From positions 1,312-65,311 of the forward strand of contig CAJJXG010000002.1 in assembly GCA_905197045.1 (NCBI GenBank): a DNA stretch of 64,000 nt, given 5' to 3'. How positions within the stretch are numbered: position 1 is the stretch's first letter; the number at the start of each line of letters is the position of its first letter. Position numbers and translations under genes: made by a program. Positions 49,167 to 58,331 of this stretch are shown here, one piece after another. The DNA is from an uncultured Bacillales bacterium. Lineage in GTDB: Bacteria > Bacillota_I > Bacilli_A > RFN20 > CAG-826. Below the pieces are notes generated by a model. The model was not told the origin of the DNA. It worked only from the letters and a program-made list of their open reading frames with translations, and ran no database searches.

Positions 49167-50621
49167 ATGGAAATTCATATTAAGAATTTAAAAAAAGTTT
49201 TTGAAGGAGACAAAAAGAAAAATATACCAGATACCATTGCGGTAGATGATTTTTCACTTGATATTAATGATGGTGAACTTGTTGGTTTACTCGGTCCTTC
49301 AGGCTGTGGCAAATCCACAATTCTTTATATGATAAGTGGCTTAAAAGAGCCTACTAGTGGAGAAGTCTTTTTTGGGAAAGAAGATGTTACCGATCTTGCT
49401 CCCGAAAAAAGAAAAATCGGTTTTGTTTTTCAAAATTATGCTTTATATCCACATTTAAATGTTTATAAAAATATAGCTTTTCCTTTAGAAGATATTTATA
49501 TAAAAGATTTCTTAAAAAGTAGAAAAATATCCATGTTTTGTAAGCTTATTGAAATAAAAGATGAGCTTTTTAAAGCAAAAGATATTATTAAAAAAGCTAA
49601 AGAAAAAGATAAAAAAATCTCAAAATCTTTAATTATTGATGAAATAAGTTTTGCTTTAAATATACCTTTTTCTTACTCTAAATTTTTATATAAATATCTT
49701 AAAAAAGGGGATTTTAATATTGATATATTTGTTGGTATTTTAAAGAGTCTAATTGAAAAAGAAAAAAGAAAGTTAGCTTACTTTAAATTAACTCTCGATG
49801 AAGAAAACTACATTTTAAAAAACAATAAGCGAATCGAAATTAAAAGAAAAATAAATAATGATGAAATTGATTTAAAGATAAGAGACGTAGCTCGAATTGT
49901 TAAACTTGAAGGCTTACTTTATCGAAAACCAAGTGAGATAAGTGGAGGTCAACAACAAAGAGTTGCTATCGCTCGTGCTTTAATTAAATCTCCAAAGGTT
50001 TTACTTTTAGATGAACCTTTATCTAATCTTGATGCGAGGTTAAGACTTGAAACGCGAGAAGAAATTAGACGCATTCAAAAAGAAACTGGAATTACGACAA
50101 TTTTTGTTACTCATGATCAAGATGAAGCAATGTCAATTTGTGATAAAATCGTTGTTTTAAATAAAGGGAAAATTGAAGAAGTTGGTGAGCCTCAAAATGT
50201 TTATGATGATCCTAAGAATTTATTTACTGCTAAATTTTTAGGTTTACCACCAATTACTATTTTTGATGGATTTATTAAAAATAATGATCTTTATATTTCT
50301 TCTTCTAAAATTTTAAGAGTTGAAGATTATTCCTTAAATAACAAAGAAGTTTTAGTTGGAATTCGTCCTGAAGGCTATGTGAAAGCTAGCGAAAACGATG
50401 AGTATACTTTTAAAGTTTGGGTTACCTCAATTATTGCTCAAGGAAGAGACACAGAAGTATTAGCAAAACATCCTATTAACGATGAAAACTTTAAAATTAT
50501 GATTAGAAATGATGATAAATTTGATTTAGGTTTTAATTATTTTAAGATTAAACCTAATAAGATTTATCTATTTGATAAAGATACAAAAAAGAGGATTTAT
50601 CTAAATGAACACCAAAAATAA
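49167..50621 (+). CDS. sugar-type ABC transporter ATP-binding protein (MsmK/MalK/UgpC-like) with ~125-aa insertion
   Basis: 484 aa with GPSGCGKST, FQNYALYPH, ISGGQQQRVAIARAL, LLLDEPLSNLD and VTHDQ. There are about 165 aa between FPL and the signature motif, against about 37 in canonical MalK. Confidence 0.9.
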   Translation: MEIHIKNLKKVFEGDKKKNIPDTIAVDDFSLDINDGELVGLLGPSGCGKSTILYMISGLKEPTSGEVFFGKEDVTDLAPEKRKIGFVFQNYALYPHLNVYKNIAFPLEDIYIKDFLKSRKISMFCKLIEIKDELFKAKDIIKKAKEKDKKISKSLIIDEISFALNIPFSYSKFLYKYLKKGDFNIDIFVGILKSLIEKEKRKLAYFKLTLDEENYILKNNKRIEIKRKINNDEIDLKIRDVARIVKLEGLLYRKPSEISGGQQQRVAIARALIKSPKVLLLDEPLSNLDARLRLETREEIRRIQKETGITTIFVTHDQDEAMSICDKIVVLNKGKIEEVGEPQNVYDDPKNLFTAKFLGLPPITIFDGFIKNNDLYISSSKILRVEDYSLNNKEVLVGIRPEGYVKASENDEYTFKVWVTSIIAQGRDTEVLAKHPINDENFKIMIRNDDKFDLGFNYFKIKPNKIYLFDKDTKKRIYLNEHQK

Positions 50622-51546
50622 CTATAAAGCATGGATTTATTTAGCTCCTTCTTTAATCCTTCTTATTGTTTTTGCTCTTTATCCATTGCTTGATACTTTT
50701 TATATATCATTTTTAAAAGATTATAACTATATAAGTGGAGAAAGTAATGGTTTTACTTTAGAAAACTATCAAGCTTTGTTTGGAATTATTCCAGCTCCAG
50801 ATGATATACCTCATCTTCAAGGTCCAATTAATGCTTTTTTTGAATTTGCTTTACCTAATACACTTTTAATAACTTTTGTTACGGTACCAATTTCAATAAT
50901 TCTTGCTTTAATTATTGCGGTTTTAATTAACTCAATTAAAGTTTGTCAAAGATTTTTTCAAACTTTATTTTTCACTCCTTACGTTACTAATATCATTGCA
51001 GTAGGAATGGTATTTGGGGTTATTTTTTCTCATACTGGTTTATTTAATTCAGTATTTGGTTTAGATAATTATTGGGTAGAAAATAATGCTAACACAACTT
51101 ATTGGAATGCAATGTTTGTTATTTTTTGTGACATAATTTGGTATCAACTACCTTTTAAAATATTAATTTTTGTAGCCGGACTTCAAGGAATTGGCAAAAC
51201 TTATTATGATGCTGCACGAATTGATAGTGCTTCAAAAATTAAGCAGTTCTTTAAAATTACTGTCCCTCTTTTATCACCCCAAATTTTTTATATTTCTATT
51301 ACTTCCTTTATTAATGGATTTAAGGAATATCAATCTATTGCTGGCTTATTTAATCGTACTGGAACAACCGGAAACTCTTATAACTTATATACCGTTGTTT
51401 ATTTTATTTATGATCAAATAAGTGTTGGATATGGTGATAACGTACGTTATGCCTGCTGTGGAGCAGTAATCTTATTTTTAATTATATTTGTTTTTACAAT
51501 TCTTCAATTCTGGGTTTCTAAAAAGAGGGTTCATTATGGAGCATAA
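50605..51546 (+). CDS. ABC sugar transporter permease (MalF/UgpA-like)
   Basis: 313 aa with 6 TM helices and the EAA-loop region YYDAARIDSASKIKQFFKITVPLL. Confidence 0.85.
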   Translation: MNTKNNYKAWIYLAPSLILLIVFALYPLLDTFYISFLKDYNYISGESNGFTLENYQALFGIIPAPDDIPHLQGPINAFFEFALPNTLLITFVTVPISIILALIIAVLINSIKVCQRFFQTLFFTPYVTNIIAVGMVFGVIFSHTGLFNSVFGLDNYWVENNANTTYWNAMFVIFCDIIWYQLPFKILIFVAGLQGIGKTYYDAARIDSASKIKQFFKITVPLLSPQIFYISITSFINGFKEYQSIAGLFNRTGTTGNSYNLYTVVYFIYDQISVGYGDNVRYACCGAVILFLIIFVFTILQFWVSKKRVHYGA

Positions 51547-52540
51547 TGATATTTTGCTAAACGAAGATAGCATCTATTCAAGCAATTCAGAGATAGAATT
51601 TGTAATTGAAGGATTTAATACTAGTGTTGACAAAACCAAGAAAAAAGATAAGGTTTTGCGAGTTTTTTCGTTAATTATCATATATGCCTTTTTAATATTT
51701 TTTGCTTTTATTATGATGATTCCATTTTATTGGATGGTAATTTCTTCTTTAAAAAGCGAAGTCTCAAACGGGGTATATTTAGGTCTTGATAACAATTTTT
51801 TTATAGCTTTAGATCAAATTGCTTGGGAGAACTATGCTTTAATTTTTGATCCGGCTCGCCTTGATTTCTTTAATTACCTTTATAACACTTTTGTTGTTGT
51901 TATTATTTCGACTTTAGGTACATTATTTGTAACAATTTTCGCTTCTTTTGCCTTTGCTAGGCTTCAATTTAAGGGAAAAGATGTTACTTTTTATATTTAC
52001 CTTATAACAATGATGATTCCTAGTGAGTTATTTGTTGTCACAAATTACATTCAAGTTTATCGATATGGACTCCTGGATTCAACCTGGGGCACATATCTAG
52101 CTATTATGCTTCCTTTTATTGTTAATGTTTTTTACATTTATTTACTTAATGAAGCTTTTAAGCAGATTCCAAACGAGCTTTATCTTGCCGCAAAAATTGA
52201 TGGTAAAAGTGATTGGAAGTATCTTTGGAAAGTTATGGTTCCAGTTGCTTCACCTACATTAATTACAATTATTATTTTAAAAGTTATATCAACTTGGAAT
52301 GCATATGCTTGGCCAAAAACCGTTGCTCCTCAAGGATCTACTAATCAAAGTGCAAATTTAATCTCTGTTGCAATTAGAGATTTTGCTAATTTTATCTATC
52401 GAGAAGGTGGAAATGAGTTTGTTTTACAATCTCTTCAAATGGCAGCAACTGTTATTGTTACGATCCCTCTTGTTATTATCTTTATAGTATTTAGAAAATA
52501 CATTATGAATGGGACAAGTCGTGCTGGAATTAAAGGGTGA
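51536..52540 (+). CDS. ABC sugar transporter permease (MalG/UgpE-like)
   Basis: EAA loop LYLAAKIDGKSDWKYLWKVMVPV. I set the start at ATG 51536 (MEHND...) rather than the upstream in-frame TTG/ATG at 51488. Confidence 0.82.
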   Translation: MEHNDILLNEDSIYSSNSEIEFVIEGFNTSVDKTKKKDKVLRVFSLIIIYAFLIFFAFIMMIPFYWMVISSLKSEVSNGVYLGLDNNFFIALDQIAWENYALIFDPARLDFFNYLYNTFVVVIISTLGTLFVTIFASFAFARLQFKGKDVTFYIYLITMMIPSELFVVTNYIQVYRYGLLDSTWGTYLAIMLPFIVNVFYIYLLNEAFKQIPNELYLAAKIDGKSDWKYLWKVMVPVASPTLITIIILKVISTWNAYAWPKTVAPQGSTNQSANLISVAIRDFANFIYREGGNEFVLQSLQMAATVIVTIPLVIIFIVFRKYIMNGTSRAGIKG

Positions 52541-52629
52541 TGAGTCAAAAATTTACGTTTTCTTAATTTTGAATATAAGTTCAATTATGATATATTAATT
52601 GCGTATTTAAGCAGGAGGCTAATACTTAC

Positions 52630-54282
52630 ATGAAACTTAAATCAAAACTTTTAATGCCTGCTCTTGTGTTAGGGGCATTAACAATTTCTTCAATTTCTGC
52701 TTGTTCATCAGAAGTTGGTAGCGATGAAAAAACAAAAATTGTTTTTTGGACCAATATTTATGATCCTGAAGATGATCCAACTGGCGAAGTTGAAATGATG
52801 GATAAAATAGTTGCTGCTTTTGAAGATAAATATCCAAACATTGATGTTGAATATAAACAAAGCGGTCAATACGCAGATATTCATGCAACCATCCAAAGCA
52901 ATATTAAAAATATAGATAATTTGCCAAATATGGCTGTTTGCTATCCAGACTATGTTGTTAACTATTTAGAAAGTGGTAACGTCTTAAAAATGGATTCTTT
53001 CATGAACAGCACTGAATATGGATTTGGTCATGATGCGAATAATAACGGAGCCAGTGAAGCTGATACAGTTGCAAGTGATGTAAACGAAGCTTTCTTAAAG
53101 GAAGGTCAACAATATGCAATTGAAGGAACTTATTCGCTTCCTTGGTATAAAAATAGTGAAGCTTTATTCTATAACTATGATGTTTTAGATGAAGTGTTTG
53201 GAGCAGGAAACTATGAAAATAAACTTACTAACTGGGAAGGTCTTATTAGTCTTGCTCGTGAATTAATGCAAAAGACAGATCTTGTAACTAGTTGGTCACA
53301 TAAGGATAATACAGGCAATTATGTAATTGATGACCATAACGTCTATTGGAAGAGTATGAAAGATCGAATTCCAACTGATGGAAGTGCACCAAGTAACTAT
53401 GCTACCCCAATTAGCTACGACTCAATCGATAACTTATTTATTACTTTTGCTGAAATGATGGATGTTCCATATACTGGCGGAGACACTGATAAAGATGGAA
53501 AAATAACAAAATCTGAAGCTATCCTTTTCTATAATCCTAATACTGGAGCCAACGCAAAAACTGTTCAAATGATCAAGATGCTTAAGGGATGGTATGATGA
53601 AGGACTTATTACAACATCTGAAATGCTTGATACTGCTGGAAATGGTGATTATGGATGTTGGAACGAATATACATATAATCAAAACTCATTTATGTATATT
53701 AACGGAAGTAAAAATGCTTGGTATGGATCATATGATACCTTCAGAGGAAAAGTATTACCAACTCCCGTAATTGATGAAGGAATGTTAGAATCTACTCCTA
53801 GAGTAATTAATCCAAACGCTAACTCAAAAGCTATGTCTCAAGGAGCTAATATTGTTTTCTTTGATAAAGGCGATGCACAAAATGAAGCAGCTTGGTTATT
53901 CTATAAATTCTTAACAAATACTGCTAATTCATCAACTGTTGCTCTTCAAATGTCTTCTATGCCTGTAAGGTCTTCTAGTTATGGTACTGCTGATTTTAAA
54001 GCTGCAACTGCTGCAAAAGATAATTTCCCAGACGAGATTACTAATGTTTCTGAAGACGACAATCAAGCTAAAAACTACGAATATCTACAAGCTAATGTTT
54101 ATGATATTTATCAACAATATGATAAAAACGATCAAACCTTTGTTGCTCCAGTTTCACAATTCTCTTCAAGTGCAAGAAGTGCAATTGAAAGCATGATGAT
54201 TAATGTCTTTAAATATTCAGGCGATAATTTAGACGGATATATCAACGAACAAATTATTGCTGCATACAATCAAATTGTTTAA
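52630..54282 (+). CDS. ABC transporter substrate-binding lipoprotein (family 1 solute-binding, oversized)
   Basis: 550 aa with a signal peptide and lipobox ISACSS, followed by the IVFWTN start typical of sugar SBPs. It contains an EF-hand-like loop DTDKDGKITKSE. Confidence 0.8.
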   Translation: MKLKSKLLMPALVLGALTISSISACSSEVGSDEKTKIVFWTNIYDPEDDPTGEVEMMDKIVAAFEDKYPNIDVEYKQSGQYADIHATIQSNIKNIDNLPNMAVCYPDYVVNYLESGNVLKMDSFMNSTEYGFGHDANNNGASEADTVASDVNEAFLKEGQQYAIEGTYSLPWYKNSEALFYNYDVLDEVFGAGNYENKLTNWEGLISLARELMQKTDLVTSWSHKDNTGNYVIDDHNVYWKSMKDRIPTDGSAPSNYATPISYDSIDNLFITFAEMMDVPYTGGDTDKDGKITKSEAILFYNPNTGANAKTVQMIKMLKGWYDEGLITTSEMLDTAGNGDYGCWNEYTYNQNSFMYINGSKNAWYGSYDTFRGKVLPTPVIDEGMLESTPRVINPNANSKAMSQGANIVFFDKGDAQNEAAWLFYKFLTNTANSSTVALQMSSMPVRSSSYGTADFKAATAAKDNFPDEITNVSEDDNQAKNYEYLQANVYDIYQQYDKNDQTFVAPVSQFSSSARSAIESMMINVFKYSGDNLDGYINEQIIAAYNQIV

Positions 54283-54291
54283 TTTTATTGA

Positions 54292-54315
54292 GCCCACCAA
54301 ATTGGTGGGCTTTTT
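54292..54315 (+). terminator. rho-independent terminator after the ABC operon
   Basis: GCCCACC-aaatt-GGTGGGC followed by TTTTT. Confidence 0.85.
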
Positions 54316-54507
54316 GATTCTATTCTAAAAAATAAGCATAAATGTAAAGAAAATGGTATTGAATGTAAAAATTAGGCAATAAGTTCAAAGCTTATTTAAT
54401 TTTGAATTTAAAAGGAGCATAATAATTATATGGACAACATGGATATATTTTTAACAAATAATTTTACAGAATATACCATTTCAATCTTATTTTTTATAAA
54501 ACAAGAG

Positions 54508-54579
54508 TCGCTTTGAGAGGTACCCAGTTTCCTAGACATTAGGAAAGGGGTACCTCTCACTTTAAGTAGCGATTTTTTT
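54508..54579 (+). terminator. long nested hairpin + T7 (terminator/attenuator-like) upstream of the surface-protein operon
   Basis: TCGCT..GAGAGGTACCC-ag-TTTCCTA-gacat-TAGGAAA-g-GGGTACCTCTC..AGCGA followed by TTTTTTT. It has 11 + 7 perfect base pairs plus a 5-bp outer helix. Confidence 0.6.
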
Positions 54580-54629
54580 ATTTTTAGATTATTTATTAAA
54601 GTTTTTGAATTCTAGGAGGGAAGAGACGA

Positions 54630-56759
54630 ATGAGAAATTCAAAAAAATTATTAATAGGCGTATTAAGTGTTGCAGCACTCATCGGTACAGGCTATGCAGC
54701 ATGGACAATTGGTGGCGTTTTTACTGATGCTACTAAAGAATTAAACCCAATCGTTGAAGAAACTATTGGTACTCGTGACATTGCTTTAGAAGTTTCTAAA
54801 GATGAAAACGATAATATTAAATTTGATAGTAAGGCTGATCTTAGTGTTACTTATAATGTTAAAGCAGTTAAAGCAGAAACAAATTTAATTGAAGGCTTTG
54901 ATCCTTATGATCTCAGTTACTATGAAAAAGTAGCTAAAGATTATCAACCAGATTTAACAGTTAGTGCTAGAGCTTTAGATAGTACAACTGGTAATCCTTT
55001 AGATCCAAGTGATGAATTCTTTAAAATTGTTAATCTTCCTAAAGAAGTAACTTATGAATATAAACAATGGTTAGCAGCGGATTATAAAGATAATGGATTC
55101 CCAGTTGAATTAGTCTTTACATGGGGCGATTTTACTGGTGGATTAAATCCTCAAGAATATCTTGATTCTCAACTAGCTTCAAAAACTCAAAAAGAACAAA
55201 GAGAATTCATTAAAGGTGTGATTGATAACTTAAAAGGCGTTAAATTTGAGTTTACTTTCAAGGTTGAAGGCGCTGTTATTGATGATCCTGAACCTGTTGA
55301 AGATACAACTGGTGAAGTTACTGCTCCAAGTGTTGCTGATTCAACTTTCTTAATTGACGGTCAAGCAATTAGTGGTAATTTAAAGGCTGGCGAACATCAA
55401 ATTACAATTACAACCGCAGATGGTAAAGTAGTTGAAGATAATAAGTTGATTGTTGTCGAAAATGGAGTTGATAAAGAAGTAACGTTAACTGATTCTTTAA
55501 CAAGAGCTGCCCATACATATACTGCAACTTATAATTTCTTAAAAGGTGCAACTTATTCATTTAAATATGATGTTGTTGATGAAGTGGTTGTTGAAGAACC
55601 TACTGTTTTTGAACAAGGTAAATTAGGTTTTTGGCAAGGTAATACTGGTGCTGCCTACTACTTTAATGGTGAGATGGTAAACAAGTATTATGGTGGTACT
55701 ACGAGTGATTTTGCTTCCGCTAAAGATTTAACTGTTTTAAAGACTCAAGATAATAAATATATAATTAAGATTGATGATACCAATCAGTATATAGGTGCAG
55801 TAAAAAGCGGAACTCACAATAACTTTGCAATTCTTGATACTGAATACCTCTGGAACTATAATGTTGAATATGATGCTTATACTACTATTCTTGGAGACGA
55901 TGAAGTATATTTAGGCACATATGGAACTTTTAATACTATTAGTCTTTCTAAAATGAATACAATTAAGAATAATTTTGTTGCACATATAACTGATGCTGAG
56001 ATTACTGCTCCTGAAGCTACAAATATCACTATTTCTGCTAATCCTACAACTATAAAAGTTGGTGGAACTACAGAATTAAATTATAAATTGTCTCCAACTG
56101 GTTCTCAAATTGATGGTGAAATTACTTACAAAGTTATCGGAACAAATGACGGTGTTGTTTCTCTTGAAGGAAATAAAGTAAAAGGACTTAAAGAAGGTTC
56201 TGTTCAAATCGAAGGTAAAATTGGAAAATTAACTAGTGATCCAATTACTATTAAGGTAATCACGGAAGATACTCCAGTTGGTAAGTCAGTTGTTTATGAA
56301 TATGCTCCAAGTTTTGATCCTAAAAATGGCAATTTTTCTGGATCTACTGTTTATAACGGAAGCAATGGACTTGATTTAGATTCAGCTTTAACAACTTTAA
56401 ATGCGACAATAAGCGAAGAAGACCCTACCCTTATTAACAAGGTAACAACAGCAAATAATCTTTATTGTGACAAAGCTGCTAATAGTGGTATAAAATTTTC
56501 AACTGGTTCTAAAGTTGGCGAGCTTGGTTTTACTACAGCGAGCCCAGTAATTAAAATTGACGTGACTTATATAGGCTGGAATGGCAAAAGCCCATCTCTT
56601 ACTGTAAATGATATACCTGAAGATGAACAAGAAGAAAAATACAGTGATGGTAAAACTGAAGAAACGCATACTTATGAATTTGCCGAACCTACAACTGAAT
56701 TTAAATTTACTGCCGTTGAGAGAATCCTCCTCACTAAACTCGTATTTTGGCTTGCTTAA
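54630..56759 (+). CDS. large secreted/surface protein with SipW-type (TasA-like) N-terminal signal and a Big_2 Ig-like domain
   Basis: 709 aa with an AGGAGGG RBS. The N-terminus is MRNSKKLLIGVLSVAALIGTGYAAWTIGGVF. The Big_2-like segment is ITISANPTTIKVGGTTELNYKLSP...VSLEGNKVKGLKEGSVQIEGKIG. Confidence 0.75.
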   Translation: MRNSKKLLIGVLSVAALIGTGYAAWTIGGVFTDATKELNPIVEETIGTRDIALEVSKDENDNIKFDSKADLSVTYNVKAVKAETNLIEGFDPYDLSYYEKVAKDYQPDLTVSARALDSTTGNPLDPSDEFFKIVNLPKEVTYEYKQWLAADYKDNGFPVELVFTWGDFTGGLNPQEYLDSQLASKTQKEQREFIKGVIDNLKGVKFEFTFKVEGAVIDDPEPVEDTTGEVTAPSVADSTFLIDGQAISGNLKAGEHQITITTADGKVVEDNKLIVVENGVDKEVTLTDSLTRAAHTYTATYNFLKGATYSFKYDVVDEVVVEEPTVFEQGKLGFWQGNTGAAYYFNGEMVNKYYGGTTSDFASAKDLTVLKTQDNKYIIKIDDTNQYIGAVKSGTHNNFAILDTEYLWNYNVEYDAYTTILGDDEVYLGTYGTFNTISLSKMNTIKNNFVAHITDAEITAPEATNITISANPTTIKVGGTTELNYKLSPTGSQIDGEITYKVIGTNDGVVSLEGNKVKGLKEGSVQIEGKIGKLTSDPITIKVITEDTPVGKSVVYEYAPSFDPKNGNFSGSTVYNGSNGLDLDSALTTLNATISEEDPTLINKVTTANNLYCDKAANSGIKFSTGSKVGELGFTTASPVIKIDVTYIGWNGKSPSLTVNDIPEDEQEEKYSDGKTEETHTYEFAEPTTEFKFTAVERILLTKLVFWLA

Positions 56760-56765
56760 TTTAAT

Positions 56766-56945
56766 ATGAAAAAAGCATTAATAGGTTTTCTCGTAATTGG
56801 CTTTTTAATCGGAACAGGAGCTTCTGCTTGGTATTTAACTACCAAGCAGACTTCTGTTAAAGAAGAATTGGAGCCAGAAGTAGGAGACTTTACTGAGAAA
56901 CTAGAAACTTTAGAAGTATTAGAAGAACTAGAAGAATTAGAATAA
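56766..56945 (+). CDS. 59-aa protein: same signal type + acidic Leu/Glu-repeat tail (not in ORF track)
   Basis: My translation is MKKALIGFLVIGFLIGTGASAWYLTTKQTSVKEELEPEVGDFTEKLETLEVLEELEELE, ending on TAA. It shares LIGTG-x-x-AW with the upstream protein and starts 6 nt after its stop. No clear SD was seen. Confidence 0.55.
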   Translation: MKKALIGFLVIGFLIGTGASAWYLTTKQTSVKEELEPEVGDFTEKLETLEVLEELEELE

Positions 56946-56986
56946 CTTAATATATTTAATATTTATTTGTAGGATTTATCTTTTTT

Positions 56987-57931
56987 ATGACAAGAGACGT
57001 TTTAATAATCGTATTATCTATTATTGCACTCACAATTATTTTTGTTGTGATTGTTTTGTTTGTTTCAATGAACTACACAAGTTTTAAAAATAAAATTATT
57101 AATAGAAAGTGCGATGAGTTATATAAAAAAGATTTATTAAAACAAAATAATGAATTTACATATATGGTGGTTAATCCAGAACTCAAAAATGGATTTGTTG
57201 ATGTAAATTCATATATTGGTTATGCAAGAACCAATAAAGATGCTAAAAAAGTTAAATTTAGACAATATTATTATTTAGAAACAGATCAAGAAAAAAGAAA
57301 AAAAGCTAAATCGAGAAAACGGAAAATTGTTTTAAGTGTTATTTTTTATATTCTTGCTATTGCTTTGATAGTTGTTGGTATTGTTAATAAGATTAACAAT
57401 AATCAAATAGTAATTGGCGATACAACTTATGTAACTATTGAAACGGGTAGCATGAGTTATGCAAACGAATCTAACACCTACTTAACCGAAAAAGATTTAA
57501 CTAATCAAATACCTGAAAAAAGTTTTATAGGGCTTAACAAAGTTAATAATCCCTCTTCTTTGAGACTATATGATGTTGCAGCTTATAAAAGTGAAAATGG
57601 TCAATTAATTGTCCATAGAATTATTGCTGAAAAAGTAATAAACGGCGAAAGATATTTCACTTTTAGAGGGGATGCTAATGAATTAAGTGACTATTATTTA
57701 GTTAGTGAAAATAGTGTACTTTATACTTTTAATGGTTATATCAATCAACCTCTTGGATATTTCTTTAGTTATTTAGCAAGTTATCAAAGTATGGTAGCTC
57801 TACTTTATGCAATTATTGCTTTAAGTGTTATAGATTATTACGACAAAAAGAAGAAGGATGTTTATTTTAAATATCTACCTGAAACTATTTATCGTCTTAA
57901 TCAAGAAGAATACTTAAAAGCTTTAAAGTAA
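56987..57931 (+). CDS. signal peptidase I, ER/archaeal (SipW, S26B)-like, with extended N-terminal membrane region
   Basis: 314 aa with ETGSMSY (Ser box), LIVHRII (His box) and FRGDANELSD (GDxN..D box). TM helices occur at the N-terminus, before the catalytic domain and near the C-terminus. Confidence 0.7.
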   Translation: MTRDVLIIVLSIIALTIIFVVIVLFVSMNYTSFKNKIINRKCDELYKKDLLKQNNEFTYMVVNPELKNGFVDVNSYIGYARTNKDAKKVKFRQYYYLETDQEKRKKAKSRKRKIVLSVIFYILAIALIVVGIVNKINNNQIVIGDTTYVTIETGSMSYANESNTYLTEKDLTNQIPEKSFIGLNKVNNPSSLRLYDVAAYKSENGQLIVHRIIAEKVINGERYFTFRGDANELSDYYLVSENSVLYTFNGYINQPLGYFFSYLASYQSMVALLYAIIALSVIDYYDKKKKDVYFKYLPETIYRLNQEEYLKALK

Positions 57932-58037
57932 TCTTATTTTTTAAAAGACTGAAAACATATATTTTTAAACGAAATTAAATTTCTTTTATTTTTGATATTC
58001 TTTTCTTTTAGAAGAGAAAATACGATATAATTATTTC

Positions 58038-58331
58038 ATGCAAAATAAATCTAAGTCACTTATTAGAAAATATAAAGAAAAAATTAATCTTGGTATTTCT
58101 TCTGGAATATTAGGATTAGTTTTTATTGTGATTTCTTTTTTCTTTATTCCTTTAATGAAAGAAGAAACCAGAAGATTTGGTGAAGACGTTATAATATATG
58201 ATTATTTTGCAATGACTATCTTTCATATCTTTATAGTTTTTGGCTTATTGCTTTTAATCTTAGGGATAGTTTTAGTAGTTTTATATTTTTTGAAGTTTAA
58301 GAAAGTTAATAGAAATGAAAATCAAAATTGA
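58038..58331 (+). CDS. small two-TM membrane protein
   Basis: 97 aa with two long hydrophobic helices and basic ends. Its 3' end overlaps the following ABC ATPase gene by 17 nt. Confidence 0.5.
   Translation: MQNKSKSLIRKYKEKINLGISSGILGLVFIVISFFFIPLMKEETRRFGEDVIIYDYFAMTIFHIFIVFGLLLLILGIVLVVLYFLKFKKVNRNENQN

Noticed and set aside
54431-54499. 22-codon ORF (MDNMDIFLTNNFTEYTIQSYFL) upstream of the long hairpin, as a possible leader peptide or small toxin
   Set aside because: The GGAG is about 12 nt from the ATG. The peptide has no hydrophobic helix or regulatory codon run, and the ORF ends before the hairpin. The evidence is too weak to call.
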